Notes: a model not told the origin generated them from the letters alone. 64,000 nucleotides of DNA from Candidatus Sericytochromatia bacterium (GCA_036676495.1 JAKFCT010000027.1:22680-86679), one strand, 5' to 3'. Shown: positions 37,106-46,299, counted from the first letter of the stretch. A program made the numbers and translations.

Positions 37106-38242
37106 ATGACGGGCCGCGCGTTCGTCCTCCTGCTCATCGCGGCGAGCACCCTCTACGCCGCCCGAAATGTCGGCGTAGGCTGGCTTTACGCTCTGGGCTA
37201 CGCCTTGGCGGCCGGAGTGGCAGCCTCTGCGGCGGTCGGGGCCTGGTCCTTGCATGGCCTCCGCCTGAAGGTCGCGGCGGGCCGCCAGACCGAAGCCGGC
37301 CAGCCCCTGCTGGTCGCCGTCACCCTGGAGAACCCCGGAGCCAAGCCCCGTCGCTACCTCTCGTTGCTGGCCGGTCCCCTGGGCACGCCCTCCCGGCTCT
37401 GGCCATGGCGTCGGGCCCTCGTGCCGGAGGGCTGGGGGACGGTCCTGATCCCCGAATTGAAGCCAGGTGAGCGGCTCACCGTCCAGCTTCCCATCCCGGC
37501 CCCCCGGCGCGGCGTCCATGCGCTGCCGGCGATCACCCTGCAGGCCGCCCCCCTGGGGCTGGTGGCCTGGGTCCGAAAGGTCGCAGACGAACCCAGGGGG
37601 GGAAGGCGCGTCGGGAATCACGCCGGAAAGCCGGATGCGATCACGGTGCATCCTCGGACGCATGCCCTGAGCGGCGCGGCCGTGCTGGACCGCCGCCGCG
37701 GACAGGGCGAGCGCGACGCCTCCAGCCGCCTGGAGGACGGCGGAGAGCTGGCCAAGGCCGTGCGGCCCTACCGCTCCGGGGATGCCATGCGGCAGATCCA
37801 CTGGAAGACCACCGCTCGCACGGGGCAGCTCTCGGTGCGGGAGAGCGAGGGGGACGCCCCCTCGCAGGAGCTCGTCCTGCTGCTGGACACCGTCGAGCAC
37901 GATCCGGAGTCCTTCGAGCTCGCCGTGGAGGTCGCGGCCTCGCTGCTGGTGCAGGCGCATAAGCAGGGGATGGAAGCGCGGCTTTACGGCGTGGGTAGCG
38001 AACCGCAAAGCGGCGAACCGCACGGCGGCAAACCGCAAAGCGGCGAGCCGTCCTCGCAGACCCTGCGGGGACAGCTCGACTGGCTGGCCCTCGTCGCTCC
38101 GGGGTCTGCGGCCCGTTCACGGCGGGAGGAGCGGGGACTGGTGATCACGGCGCGCCCCGAGGCCTGGGAAGGGCGCGCGGAGGCGTGCATCCTCGTCGCG
38201 CCGGGCATGACGATCGCCGACGTGCTGAAAGCGCTGCCATGA
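37106..38242 (+). CDS. DUF58 domain protein
   Basis: VRPYRSGDAMRQIHWKTTAR, LLLD, FELAVEVAAS; lies between moxR and tgpA. Confidence 0.88.
   Translation: MTGRAFVLLLIAASTLYAARNVGVGWLYALGYALAAGVAASAAVGAWSLHGLRLKVAAGRQTEAGQPLLVAVTLENPGAKPRRYLSLLAGPLGTPSRLWPWRRALVPEGWGTVLIPELKPGERLTVQLPIPAPRRGVHALPAITLQAAPLGLVAWVRKVADEPRGGRRVGNHAGKPDAITVHPRTHALSGAAVLDRRRGQGERDASSRLEDGGELAKAVRPYRSGDAMRQIHWKTTARTGQLSVRESEGDAPSQELVLLLDTVEHDPESFELAVEVAASLLVQAHKQGMEARLYGVGSEPQSGEPHGGKPQSGEPSSQTLRGQLDWLALVAPGSAARSRREERGLVITARPEAWEGRAEACILVAPGMTIADVLKALP
37998..38050 (+). repeat. 15-bp tandem repeat (about 3.5 copies) in DUF58, encoding EPQSG/EPHGG/KPQSG
   Basis: GCGAACCGCAAAGCG GCGAACCGCACGGCG GCAAACCGCAAAGCG GCGAGCCG. 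Confidence 0.75.
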
Positions 38243-40287
38243 GAGAAGCGACCATGAGGGGGCTCTTCGATCGGCGCGATCCCTTGCTGCACCTGCGGGT
38301 GGCCACGGCCGTCGCGGGGGCGATCGCCATCCTGGCCCTCTACGCGGTCTCGGGAGTCACCGGAGATCCGAGGCCCGGGGTGCTGGTCGCCATGGGCATC
38401 GGCCTCGTGGGCCAGTACGTCTCGCACCGCTTGCGGGGCAAGAGCCTGAAGACCATCAAGGCCCTGCTCGCCGTGGGCATGATCGTACTCTTGTGGCAGT
38501 ACATGGCCAACCTGATCGCCAACCTCCAGGACACCCGCTACCCGCTGGCCGAGCTGCTCCTATACCTGGCGGTGATGAACTCCTTCGACTTGCCGCGGCG
38601 CCACAACCTCCGGATCGCCATGATGGTCTCGGTGATCCTGCTGGTGGTGACCGCCACCTTGAGCCGGGACATGGCCTTCGGGGGCTTCCTGCTCGCCTTC
38701 CTGGGAGCGGGGCTCTGGTGGGGACACCAGGACATGCTCAGCGAGCTGGGGGCATCCCCGGAGCAATCCAAAATCAGCACGAGCGCCGTGAAGGGGCTCC
38801 TTCCGCTCGGCGGGATCATCCTCGCCGGGGGGCTCGCGCTGGTGCTGATCGTGCCCCGGGACGAGGGCGGAAGCTTCAAGCAGCTGCCGTTCTCGACGAT
38901 GCTCGCCCTGCCATCCCAGATCGATCCACAGGTGCGAAACCCCGCATACCCCGCGGGGGGATCCGGGAACGGGGACTCCGCTCCCGAGCTCGATCCGGAA
39001 GCCTACTACGGCTTCGCGGAGGCCCTGGATCTCAACTACCGGGGCCGGCTCTCTCAGACGGTGGCCCTGAAGGTGCGATCGCCCCGGAGGCAGTTCTGGC
39101 GGGGGATGGCCTACGACACCTTCGACGGCCGGAGCTGGCGCATGGCGTATCCCAAGGAGGTCACGCCGCTGCAGTCCAATCCCTTCACCTTGCCGTCGCG
39201 CACGGCGGACGGGGGAGGCCGGCGCGAGATCACGACCTTCTACATCGAGAAGAACCAGACCAACCTGATCCTGATGCCCGCGGATCCGAAGCTGCTTTAC
39301 TTCCCGACGGGCGAGATCATGGCGGATCGCTACGATTCCTTCCGCAGCCCGCTGATCCTGGAAAAGGGGATGTACTACACGGTGGTCGCGCAGCGGCCGT
39401 CCCCGCCGCGCGGGGGGCCGGATCGCGAGCTGCCGTCGCGCGAGCGGCTCGCGCGCGCGGGCCTGGAGATCGAGCCCTACCTGAGCGTGCCGCCGAGTTT
39501 CAGCGCGCGCACCCGGCAGCTGGCCCAAACGATCACGGCGGGTGCGGCGGGTCCGCGCGAGCGCCTGCAGCGGATCGAGGCCTACCTCGAAGCGACCTAC
39601 CCCTACGACCTGGAGATCCCGGCCTTCCCGGCCAGCGCGGATCAGCTCGATCACTTCCTCTTCGAGGCGAAGCGCGGGTACTGCGAGCATTTCGCGACGG
39701 CGCTCGCCCTGATGGCGCGGGAGGTCGGAGTGCCGACCCGGCTGGTCACGGGCTACCTGCCCGGCGATTTCAACCCGTTCACGGGCTTCTACGAGGTCTC
39801 GACGGCCCACGCGCATGCCTGGGTAGAGGCGTACCTCTGGGGACGGGGCTGGGTGGCCTTCGATCCAACCCCGGGCTTCGCGGGACCGGGCGAGATCTCC
39901 GAGGGCCTGAGCTTGCCCCTGGCCGATTGGGCGCGCTCGCTGCAGTCCAAAGGCCCGCTCGTCCTCCTCGGGCTGGGCGGGATCGCGCTTCTGGGGCTGG
40001 TCGGGCTGATCGCGGGCATGCGGCGTCCCCAGGGCCTGTCCGGGGCAAGCCGGGCCTACGTGCGACTCGTGGAGATCTCCGGAAAGGTCGGGCGCTTCTC
40101 GACCGACGGGCTGACCCCGCGGGAGCTGCTGGCGCGAATCGGCGAGGAGCCGGCACTGCGGGCGATCGCCCCCGAGGCGGAAGCGATCGTCTCGGCGTAC
40201 GAGGCGATCCGCTTCGGAGGGGAGCCCGACGACGGATCGCTGGCGCGCGCGCTGGCCGCGCTCGAAGCCCGGCTGAAAAAATCATGA
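38239..40287 (+). CDS. tgpA: Membrane transglutaminase-like protein (TgpA/YebA)
   Basis: N-terminal TMs; WRGMAYDTFDGRSW; GYCEHFA, HAWVE, FDPTP triad. Confidence 0.9.
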   Translation: MREATMRGLFDRRDPLLHLRVATAVAGAIAILALYAVSGVTGDPRPGVLVAMGIGLVGQYVSHRLRGKSLKTIKALLAVGMIVLLWQYMANLIANLQDTRYPLAELLLYLAVMNSFDLPRRHNLRIAMMVSVILLVVTATLSRDMAFGGFLLAFLGAGLWWGHQDMLSELGASPEQSKISTSAVKGLLPLGGIILAGGLALVLIVPRDEGGSFKQLPFSTMLALPSQIDPQVRNPAYPAGGSGNGDSAPELDPEAYYGFAEALDLNYRGRLSQTVALKVRSPRRQFWRGMAYDTFDGRSWRMAYPKEVTPLQSNPFTLPSRTADGGGRREITTFYIEKNQTNLILMPADPKLLYFPTGEIMADRYDSFRSPLILEKGMYYTVVAQRPSPPRGGPDRELPSRERLARAGLEIEPYLSVPPSFSARTRQLAQTITAGAAGPRERLQRIEAYLEATYPYDLEIPAFPASADQLDHFLFEAKRGYCEHFATALALMAREVGVPTRLVTGYLPGDFNPFTGFYEVSTAHAHAWVEAYLWGRGWVAFDPTPGFAGPGEISEGLSLPLADWARSLQSKGPLVLLGLGGIALLGLVGLIAGMRRPQGLSGASRAYVRLVEISGKVGRFSTDGLTPRELLARIGEEPALRAIAPEAEAIVSAYEAIRFGGEPDDGSLARALAALEARLKKS

Positions 40288-40299
40288 GGGTGTGCCAGC

Positions 40300-40335
40300 A
40301 AAAATGGGGCTATCCCACCGCGGTGAGACAGCCCC
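40300..40335 (-). terminator. Intrinsic terminator of cheW
   Basis: Minus strand GGGGCTGTCTCACC-GC-GGTGGGATAGCCCC followed by ATTTTT. Confidence 0.7.
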
Positions 40336-40347
40336 TTCGGGGTGTTT

Positions 40348-40371
40348 GTGGGGCGGGCCTCCGCGCCCGCC
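40348..40371. repeat. REP-like palindrome
   Basis: GTGGGGCGGGCCTCCGCGCCCGCC resembles GTAG-class REP hairpins; single copy here. Confidence 0.35.
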
Positions 40372-40383
40372 ATGGCTTAACTA

Positions 40384-40842
40384 TTAACCGACGGCGGTGA
40401 GCTGCTTCTGCTCTTCCTGGTTGAGCACCAGATTGAGATCCAGGAGGATCAGCAGGCGGTTCTCGAGCTTGGCGATGCCCTTGAGGTAGGACGCGTCGAT
40501 GACGCTCGCGACCATCTCGGGGGTGGGCTCGACCGAGTCCGAGGAGATCCGGCGCACCTCGGAGACCCCGTCGACGATCATGCCGACCGTGCGGCCGCTC
40601 ATGGTGACGATGATGATCCGGGTGCTCTTGGTGTTCTCGGTGATCGGAAGGCGGAAGCGCTTGCGGAGATCCACCACGGGGATGATCTTGCCGCGAAGGT
40701 TGACGACCCCTTCGACGAACTCGGGAGTGCGGGGCACCCGGGTGATCTCGGGCATGCGCACGATCTCCTGGACCATGCCGATGTCGACCCCGAACTCCTC
40801 GGATCCCAGGTTGAAGCTCACCAACTGCAATACGTCTGCCAC
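40384..40842 (-). CDS. cheW: Chemotaxis adaptor CheW
   Basis: QLVSFNLGSEEFGVDI, VQEI, GVVNLRGKIIPVVDLR, GMIVDGVSEV; GAGGAGG SD before GTG. Confidence 0.95.
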   Translation of the reverse strand: MADVLQLVSFNLGSEEFGVDIGMVQEIVRMPEITRVPRTPEFVEGVVNLRGKIIPVVDLRKRFRLPITENTKSTRIIIVTMSGRTVGMIVDGVSEVRRISSDSVEPTPEMVASVIDASYLKGIAKLENRLLILLDLNLVLNQEEQKQLTAVG

Positions 40843-40929
40843 CTTGGCCTCCTCTATCGCTTGACAGGTCTCCTGCCCGATCGCCCTCTTCGGCTCCCCG
40901 GGGGGCGCCGCGCGTGCTCGCATGCTTCC

Positions 40930-40938
40930 AATTTACCA
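40930..40938 (-). promoter_or_regulatory. Extended -10 (TGGTAAATT) for cheW
   Basis: TGnTAnnnT on the minus strand. Confidence 0.45.
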
Positions 40939-41122
40939 GGCATGCCCGCGGATCCCAAGGTCCATTTGGGCTAGTGGATCCAGATCGCGCCGCCCCGCGG
41001 CCCGGCCCTCCCCAACCCTTGTCTCAACTTTAAACGGGGCTTAACGTTTCTCCCGCAAGATCCCGGCCCGGATCGTCCATAGATTGTTAAGAGCAAAGCA
41101 TTGGAAAGGGAGGAACGACCCG

Positions 41123-41737
41123 ATGAAAGCCAAGAAGACTCTCACCCTCTTCGTCCTCGGGGCGCTGACCATGTCCCTGATGACCGGCTGCGGCGCCCGC
41201 GGCGACAACATGGTCGATCCGGGCTACGAGGATCCGGGCTACAACGATCCCGGCTACAACAACCCGGGCTACAACGACCCCGGCTACAACAACCCCGGTT
41301 ACAACAACCCGGGCTACAACAACCCCGGCACCGGCATGCCCGTCCAGCTCACCGCGACCGTGACCAAGAAGGCCAAGAAGTGGGGCGGCATCTTCCATCC
41401 CTTCACGACCTACATCACGGCGACCATCCAGGTCAACAACCCCTCTCAGCAGATGGTCCAGGGCACCCTCAAGGTGACCTTCACCAACAAGGGCCAAGCC
41501 ACGGAGACCCCCGAGCAGCCGATCACCCTGGCTCCGGGCGGCACCCAGGAGTACACCGTCACCTCGACCAAGGACGCCAGCGACGCGACCGCCTACGCCG
41601 AAGCCCTCCAGAACAACACGGGAATCGGAACCGGCTCCGGCTGGGGCACGGGCACCGGAACGGGCACGGGCAGCGGTTGGGGCTCGGGAACGGGCACCGG
41701 GACCGGCACCGGCACCGGCTGGGGCACCGGCTACTAA
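41123..41737 (+). CDS. Lipoprotein with 7 Y-x-x-P-G repeats, an Ig-like core and a Gly/Thr/Trp tail
   Basis: GGAGG SD; lipobox MTG-C; (YNNPG)n; beta-rich core; GTGSGWG repeats; own terminator. Confidence 0.85.
   Translation: MKAKKTLTLFVLGALTMSLMTGCGARGDNMVDPGYEDPGYNDPGYNNPGYNDPGYNNPGYNNPGYNNPGTGMPVQLTATVTKKAKKWGGIFHPFTTYITATIQVNNPSQQMVQGTLKVTFTNKGQATETPEQPITLAPGGTQEYTVTSTKDASDATAYAEALQNNTGIGTGSGWGTGTGTGTGSGWGSGTGTGTGTGTGWGTGY
41216..41329 (+). repeat. 15-bp coding tandem repeat (YNNPG/YNDPG)
   Basis: TACAACAACCCGGGC-type units, 7 copies. Confidence 0.9.
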
Positions 41738-41776
41738 CCCAGGCATCTTCCCTCTCTGATTCCATTCCTTGCTCTG

Positions 41777-41809
41777 CAGACGCCCGGCTCCGGCCGGGCG
41801 TCTGGTTTT
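41777..41809 (+). terminator. Intrinsic terminator
   Basis: CAGACGCCCGGC-TCCG-GCCGGGCGTCTG-GTTTT. Confidence 0.8.
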
Positions 41810-41883
41810 ACGCTTCTCCCGCGGATCCCGGGCAAGAATCCCGGCGGAGAGCGGCCTTACCCTTGAAACCGAGCGACTGCGGG

Positions 41884-41892
41884 TGCTACGAT
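41884..41892 (+). promoter_or_regulatory. Extended -10 (TGCTACGAT) for the mla operon
   Basis: TGnTAnnnT upstream of mlaE. Confidence 0.5.
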
Positions 41893-41897
41893 AACGA

Positions 41898-41931
41898 TAG
41901 CGCCTGCAGCTGTTGATTAAGGCTGTGAAGC
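41898..41931 (+). repeat. Diverged left part of the CTAG miniature element in the mla leader
   Basis: TAGCGCCTGCAGCTGTTGATTAAGGCTGTGAAGC; 28/34 identical to 57327-57360. Confidence 0.6.
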
Positions 41932-41969
41932 CGCCCCCTTCCCCCTCAGGCGTCACCATGGAGTAGCAG

Positions 41970-42743
41970 TTGGTAAGCACCCTCACCCGTCCCCTGGTGA
42001 ACTTTCTGACCGTGCTGGGCCGCATGGGCGCCTTCGCCGGGGAGATCGTGACGGCCATCTTCTCGCCTCCGATCTTCTGGGGCGAGACCGTGCGCGCCAT
42101 GCGCGGCGTGGCCCTCCAGACCCTGATCCCGGTCATCACCCTCATGGTCGCCGTCGGCATGATCGGCGCCATGCAAGGCCTCGCCGTCATCCGGATCTTC
42201 GGGGCCGACCACGTCCTCTCCGCGCTCTTGGCCGAGTCCATCCTCCGCGAGATGAGCCCCACCCTCGCCGCCATCATGATCGCCGCCCAGGCCGGAACCG
42301 CCATCGCGGGCGAGATCGGCACCATGCGCGTCAAGGAAGAGGTCGATGCCCTGGGCGTCATGGCCGTCAACCCGGTCAAGTACGTCGTGGCCCCGCGCAT
42401 GATCGCCCTGGCGACCATTTGCCCCCTGCTCAACATCCTGGCCTCGGCCGCCGGCATGTTCGGAGGCTTCGTGGTGGCGGTCTACCTCAAGGGCATGACC
42501 TTCGGCACCTTCGTCTCCAACCTCATGGCCTACGTGGACATGGGCGTCATCTACGTCGGCTTGCTGAAGAGCGTCGTCTTCGGCGTCCTGATCGGGCTCA
42601 TCGCCTGCTACTACGGCTACAACGTGACCGGCGGCGCGCAGGGCGTGGGCAAGGCCTCCAACAACACGGTGGTGCACGGGATCGTGGCGGTGGCGATCGC
42701 CAACTACTTCCTCACCTCCTTCCTCTTGCAGGTGATGAACTAG
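41970..42743 (+). CDS. mlaE: MlaE/YrbE ABC permease
   Basis: REMSP, GTAIAGEIGTMRVKEEVDALGVMAVNP, GAQGVG. Confidence 0.92.
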   Translation: MVSTLTRPLVNFLTVLGRMGAFAGEIVTAIFSPPIFWGETVRAMRGVALQTLIPVITLMVAVGMIGAMQGLAVIRIFGADHVLSALLAESILREMSPTLAAIMIAAQAGTAIAGEIGTMRVKEEVDALGVMAVNPVKYVVAPRMIALATICPLLNILASAAGMFGGFVVAVYLKGMTFGTFVSNLMAYVDMGVIYVGLLKSVVFGVLIGLIACYYGYNVTGGAQGVGKASNNTVVHGIVAVAIANYFLTSFLLQVMN

Positions 42744-43489
42744 TGGCCGGCGCGAAGGTCCTCGGCGAAGTCGGCCGGGTCGGGAAGTTCTGGTGGACCA
42801 CCGTCCGCTGGATGTTCTCCCACCTCCCCGAATGGCGCTCGGTAATCGATCAGATGATCCGGATCGGCCTCATGAGCCTGCCCGTGATCCTGGCCGTCTG
42901 CGCCTTCGTCGGCAGCAACATCGTGCTGGTGGGCTACTACGCCTTCCAGGACTTCGGGGGCCAGGACATGGTCGGAGCGTACTCGGGGCTGATGTCGATC
43001 CGGGAGTTCGCGCCGATCATCGTGGGCGCCATGATGGCCGCCAAGCCCGGCACCGAGATGACCGCCACCATCGCCACCATGCGGATCAAGGAGCAAATCG
43101 ACGCCCTCGAGGTCATGGCCGTCAACCCGTACGGCTACCTGATGGCCCCGCGCTTCCTGGCCTTCATGCTGGTCGCTCCGATGCTGATCATCTTCGCGGA
43201 CTTCGCGTCCATCTTCGCGGGCTGGCTGGTGGCCGTCTTCCAGCTCGGAGTCAACTCCGGCGCCTTCATGGCGGACGTGACCCGCTTCCTGACCTTCGAC
43301 GACCTGATCTTCGGCATGGTCAAGGGCATGCTCTTCGCCCTGTTGACCTGCGTGGTGAGCTGTTACTTCGGCTACACCTCCGGGCCCGGTCCGCAGGGCG
43401 TCAGCAGGGCCATCAACCGGGCGGTCGTGACCATTGCCACGCTCATCGTGGTGCTCAACTACTTCCTGTCGGAAGTGATGTGGGGGTAG
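42743..43489 (+). CDS. mlaE: Second MlaE/YrbE ABC permease
   Basis: REFAP, TMRIKEQIDALEVMAVNP, GPQGVS; GTG overlaps the upstream TAG. Confidence 0.9.
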   Translation: MAGAKVLGEVGRVGKFWWTTVRWMFSHLPEWRSVIDQMIRIGLMSLPVILAVCAFVGSNIVLVGYYAFQDFGGQDMVGAYSGLMSIREFAPIIVGAMMAAKPGTEMTATIATMRIKEQIDALEVMAVNPYGYLMAPRFLAFMLVAPMLIIFADFASIFAGWLVAVFQLGVNSGAFMADVTRFLTFDDLIFGMVKGMLFALLTCVVSCYFGYTSGPGPQGVSRAINRAVVTIATLIVVLNYFLSEVMWG

Positions 43490-43490
43490 C

Positions 43491-44264
43491 ATGTCCAATC
43501 TCGTCGTTCCGGATCCCATCATCTCGTTCCAGGGCGTGCACAAGGCCTTCGGCCGCCAGGTCGTCCTTGACGACGTCTCCCTGGACATCGAGCGGGGCAA
43601 GACCACCGTCATCATCGGGCCCTCGGGCACCGGGAAATCGGTCTTCATCAAGCTGCTGGTAGGCCTCCTGAAGCCCGATCGGGGCTCCATCGCGGTCGAC
43701 GGCGAGGACATCACCCGCCTCAAGGAGCGCCAGCTCTACGACGTGCGCAAGAAGTTCGGCATGCTCTTCCAGGACGGCGCCCTCTTCGACTCGATGGACG
43801 TCGGCGAGAACGTGGCCTTCCCGCTGCGCCGCCACACCAAGAAGTCCGAGCGGGAGATCCGGGAGATCGTGGCCCAGAAGCTCGCGCAGGTGGGCCTGCC
43901 CGGGATCGAGCACAAGTTCCCCTCGGAGCTGTCGGGAGGCATGCGCAAGCGGGTGGGCATCGCCCGGGCGATCGCCCTGGAGCCCGAGATCGTGCTCTTC
44001 GACGAGCCCAACTCGGGGCTGGATCCCGTCATGAGCGACGCCATCGACAAGCTGATCCTGCGCATGCAGCGGGAGCTGGGCCTCACCTTCGTGGTGATCT
44101 CCCATGACATCCCCGGAACCTTCCAGATCGCCGACCGGATCGCCATGCTCTACAAGAGCAAGCTCATCGCGTACGGGCCGTCCCAGGACCTGCAGGAGTC
44201 CCGGGACCCGATCCTGAGACAATTCTTCGACCGCAGCGCAGACGGTCCGATCCAGGTGGTCTAG
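43491..44264 (+). CDS. mlaF: MlaF ABC ATPase
   Basis: GPSGTGKS, FQDGALFDS, ELSGGMRKRV, FDEP, SHD. Confidence 0.95.
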   Translation: MSNLVVPDPIISFQGVHKAFGRQVVLDDVSLDIERGKTTVIIGPSGTGKSVFIKLLVGLLKPDRGSIAVDGEDITRLKERQLYDVRKKFGMLFQDGALFDSMDVGENVAFPLRRHTKKSEREIREIVAQKLAQVGLPGIEHKFPSELSGGMRKRVGIARAIALEPEIVLFDEPNSGLDPVMSDAIDKLILRMQRELGLTFVVISHDIPGTFQIADRIAMLYKSKLIAYGPSQDLQESRDPILRQFFDRSADGPIQVV

Positions 44265-44266
44265 CC

Positions 44267-45376
44267 ATGCTTAAAGAAAAACCCCCGGTGGATCCCTCCG
44301 AAAAAGGGAAACAGGTAGCAGAGGAGAGGGCAAAGGTGCAACGCAAACATACGGGCGACGTCATGCTGGGGGCGGTCATCCTGGCCGCTCTGGGACTGCT
44401 CGCCTACATGGCGATCGCCGTCGGCGGTCTGAAGTTCGGAGATGCCATCCACGTGACCGCCGAGTTCGACAACGCGACCGGCCTGGTCAAGGAAGGCGCG
44501 GTCATGATCGCCGGCGTGAACGTGGGCTCCGTCGAGTCCCTCTCGGTCCGCCACGACAAGGCCGTGGTCAAGCTGCGGCTGCGCCAGGACGCCCAGATCC
44601 GCCAGGACGTGAAGGCCGCCATCCGCGCCAAGAGCCTCCTGGGCGAGAAGTACGTCGAACTGCTGCCCCAGTCCACGGACGCTCCCCTGATCGCGCAAGG
44701 CGCCGTCATCACCGACACGGCCGTGCCGGTCGAGGTCGACGAGCTCTTGACCCACCTCGGCCCCGTCATCAAGGACATCGACCCCAAGGATCTGCAAGCC
44801 ATCGTCCACAGCATCGCCCAGGGCCTCAACGGCCAGGGCCCCCAGCTCGCCGCGGCCATCACCTCGGGCGCCTCCACCCTCGGCCGCCTCGACGGCATGC
44901 TCGCCCGCAACGAAGGCAAGCTCGACAGCATGATCTCCAGCCTCGACCGCGTGAGCCGCAACGCCGACGGGCTGCTCGAGCGCAACGAGAAGCGGCTTGA
45001 CGCCACCCTGGCCATCACGCCCGATCTGCTGAAGCGCCTGGATCGCATGGGCACGCAGCTCGATCCCACCATGACGGCCCTGGCCGACAAGGGCCCCAGC
45101 CTCGTGAACCGCCTGGATCGCCTGGGCGAGCAGCTCGACCCGACCATGGCCGCGCTGAGCACGAAGGGCCCCGGCATCGTGAACAAGGCCGACCGGACCC
45201 TGGCCCAGCTCGACCCGACCCTGACGCGCTTGCCCAGCACCCTCGAGCAGCTCGACAAGCTGGTGGGCCGCCTCGACACCTCGATGGCCCACATCGAGGC
45301 CATCCTCGAGCAGACCAAGGGCAAGGAAATGGTCGAGCGCGACGGCGCCCTCAAGGTCAAGGCCCGCCTGTTCTAA
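44267..45376 (+). CDS. mlaD: MlaD/MCE protein with a long helical extension
   Basis: FDNATGL, GVNVGSV, SLLGEKYVEL; 25-aa helical repeats. Confidence 0.92.
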   Translation: MLKEKPPVDPSEKGKQVAEERAKVQRKHTGDVMLGAVILAALGLLAYMAIAVGGLKFGDAIHVTAEFDNATGLVKEGAVMIAGVNVGSVESLSVRHDKAVVKLRLRQDAQIRQDVKAAIRAKSLLGEKYVELLPQSTDAPLIAQGAVITDTAVPVEVDELLTHLGPVIKDIDPKDLQAIVHSIAQGLNGQGPQLAAAITSGASTLGRLDGMLARNEGKLDSMISSLDRVSRNADGLLERNEKRLDATLAITPDLLKRLDRMGTQLDPTMTALADKGPSLVNRLDRLGEQLDPTMAALSTKGPGIVNKADRTLAQLDPTLTRLPSTLEQLDKLVGRLDTSMAHIEAILEQTKGKEMVERDGALKVKARLF

Positions 45377-45460
45377 CGGATCGCAGGTCCGCACCTTATC
45401 TTGCCCCCCCGTCGAGGGGGGGCATGTAGCAGAAGACTAGACGTGACGACGCAAGACGAG

Positions 45461-45862
45461 ATGACCGCCCTCTCCATCCCCCCCCAACCCGGCACCGCGC
45501 GTCCCGCGGTCGAGTCGGTGCACTTCGGAGCGCTTCTGATCGCCCGGGGGATCATCACCCCCCGGCAGCTCGACCATGCCCTGGAGTTCCAGGCGGAGAG
45601 CCCCTTCCTGCGCATCGGCGAGATCCTGCTGGGACTGGGCTACCTCTCCTTCACGCACCTCAAGAACACGCTGGAGGACCAGTACCACGACGTCCAGCTC
45701 GGACAACTCCTGCTGGAGATGCGCCTGGTGACCATGCCGTACCTGGAAGCGGCCCTCGAGGTGCAGGAGCGGACCGGAGAGAAGCTCGGCCCCATCCTGC
45801 TCGCCCTCGGCGCCCTTACCGAGAAACAGCTCTACCAGGCCCTCGCCCTCAAGGGAGCCTGA
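45461..45862 (+). CDS. Stand-alone protein of four MshEN-type motifs
   Basis: FGALLIARGIITPRQLDHALEFQ, RIGEILLGLGYL, LGQLLLEMRLVT..LEAALEVQ, KLGPILLALGALTEKQL; start could be the GTG at 45443. Confidence 0.8.
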   Translation: MTALSIPPQPGTARPAVESVHFGALLIARGIITPRQLDHALEFQAESPFLRIGEILLGLGYLSFTHLKNTLEDQYHDVQLGQLLLEMRLVTMPYLEAALEVQERTGEKLGPILLALGALTEKQLYQALALKGA

Positions 45863-45872
45863 TTCCCCCTCC

Positions 45873-45898
45873 AAACGGGCCTCGAAAGAGGCCCGTTT
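45873..45898. terminator. Bidirectional intrinsic terminator
   Basis: AAACGGGCCTC-GAAA-GAGGCCCGTTT. Confidence 0.85.
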
Positions 45899-45902
45899 CC
45901 GC

Positions 45903-46142
45903 TTACTTCACGCCCTGGGCAATCTCGTCCAGGATCGCATCCGCCAGCTCCCGGTAATGGGAATGCACCTCGGGATAGAGGGTCGTCGAGGCCGAGGGGT
46001 AGAGGAGCAGGACCACTTTCTTTTGCTCGTTGAGCGCGAAGCTCCAGGTCAGCAGCTGCTCGCGCATGTCGTGCTCGTAGGTGAGGACCCCGCAGAAGGT
46101 GTCCCCATCATGGCGTTCGATCACCACGTTCGATATTTCCAT
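45903..46142 (-). CDS. 79-aa hypothetical protein
   Basis: GAGGAG SD; upstream extended -10 TGGTAAGAT (46252-46260); ends at the terminator. Confidence 0.7.
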   Translation of the reverse strand: MEISNVVIERHDGDTFCGVLTYEHDMREQLLTWSFALNEQKKVVLLLYPSASTTLYPEVHSHYRELADAILDEIAQGVK

Positions 46143-46299
46143 GAGCGTCTCCTCTCGCGTCCTCGGGAGGCGTTTCCGGCGCTCGCGCCTCCCGATGCCG
46201 TTGCCGCGTTGCTTGCGACCCTACCTCGTTACATGTCGTAACACTGCCGGCATCTTACCACCCCGGCGCGGGGACGCAAAGGCTCAAGCAGAGCCGAAC

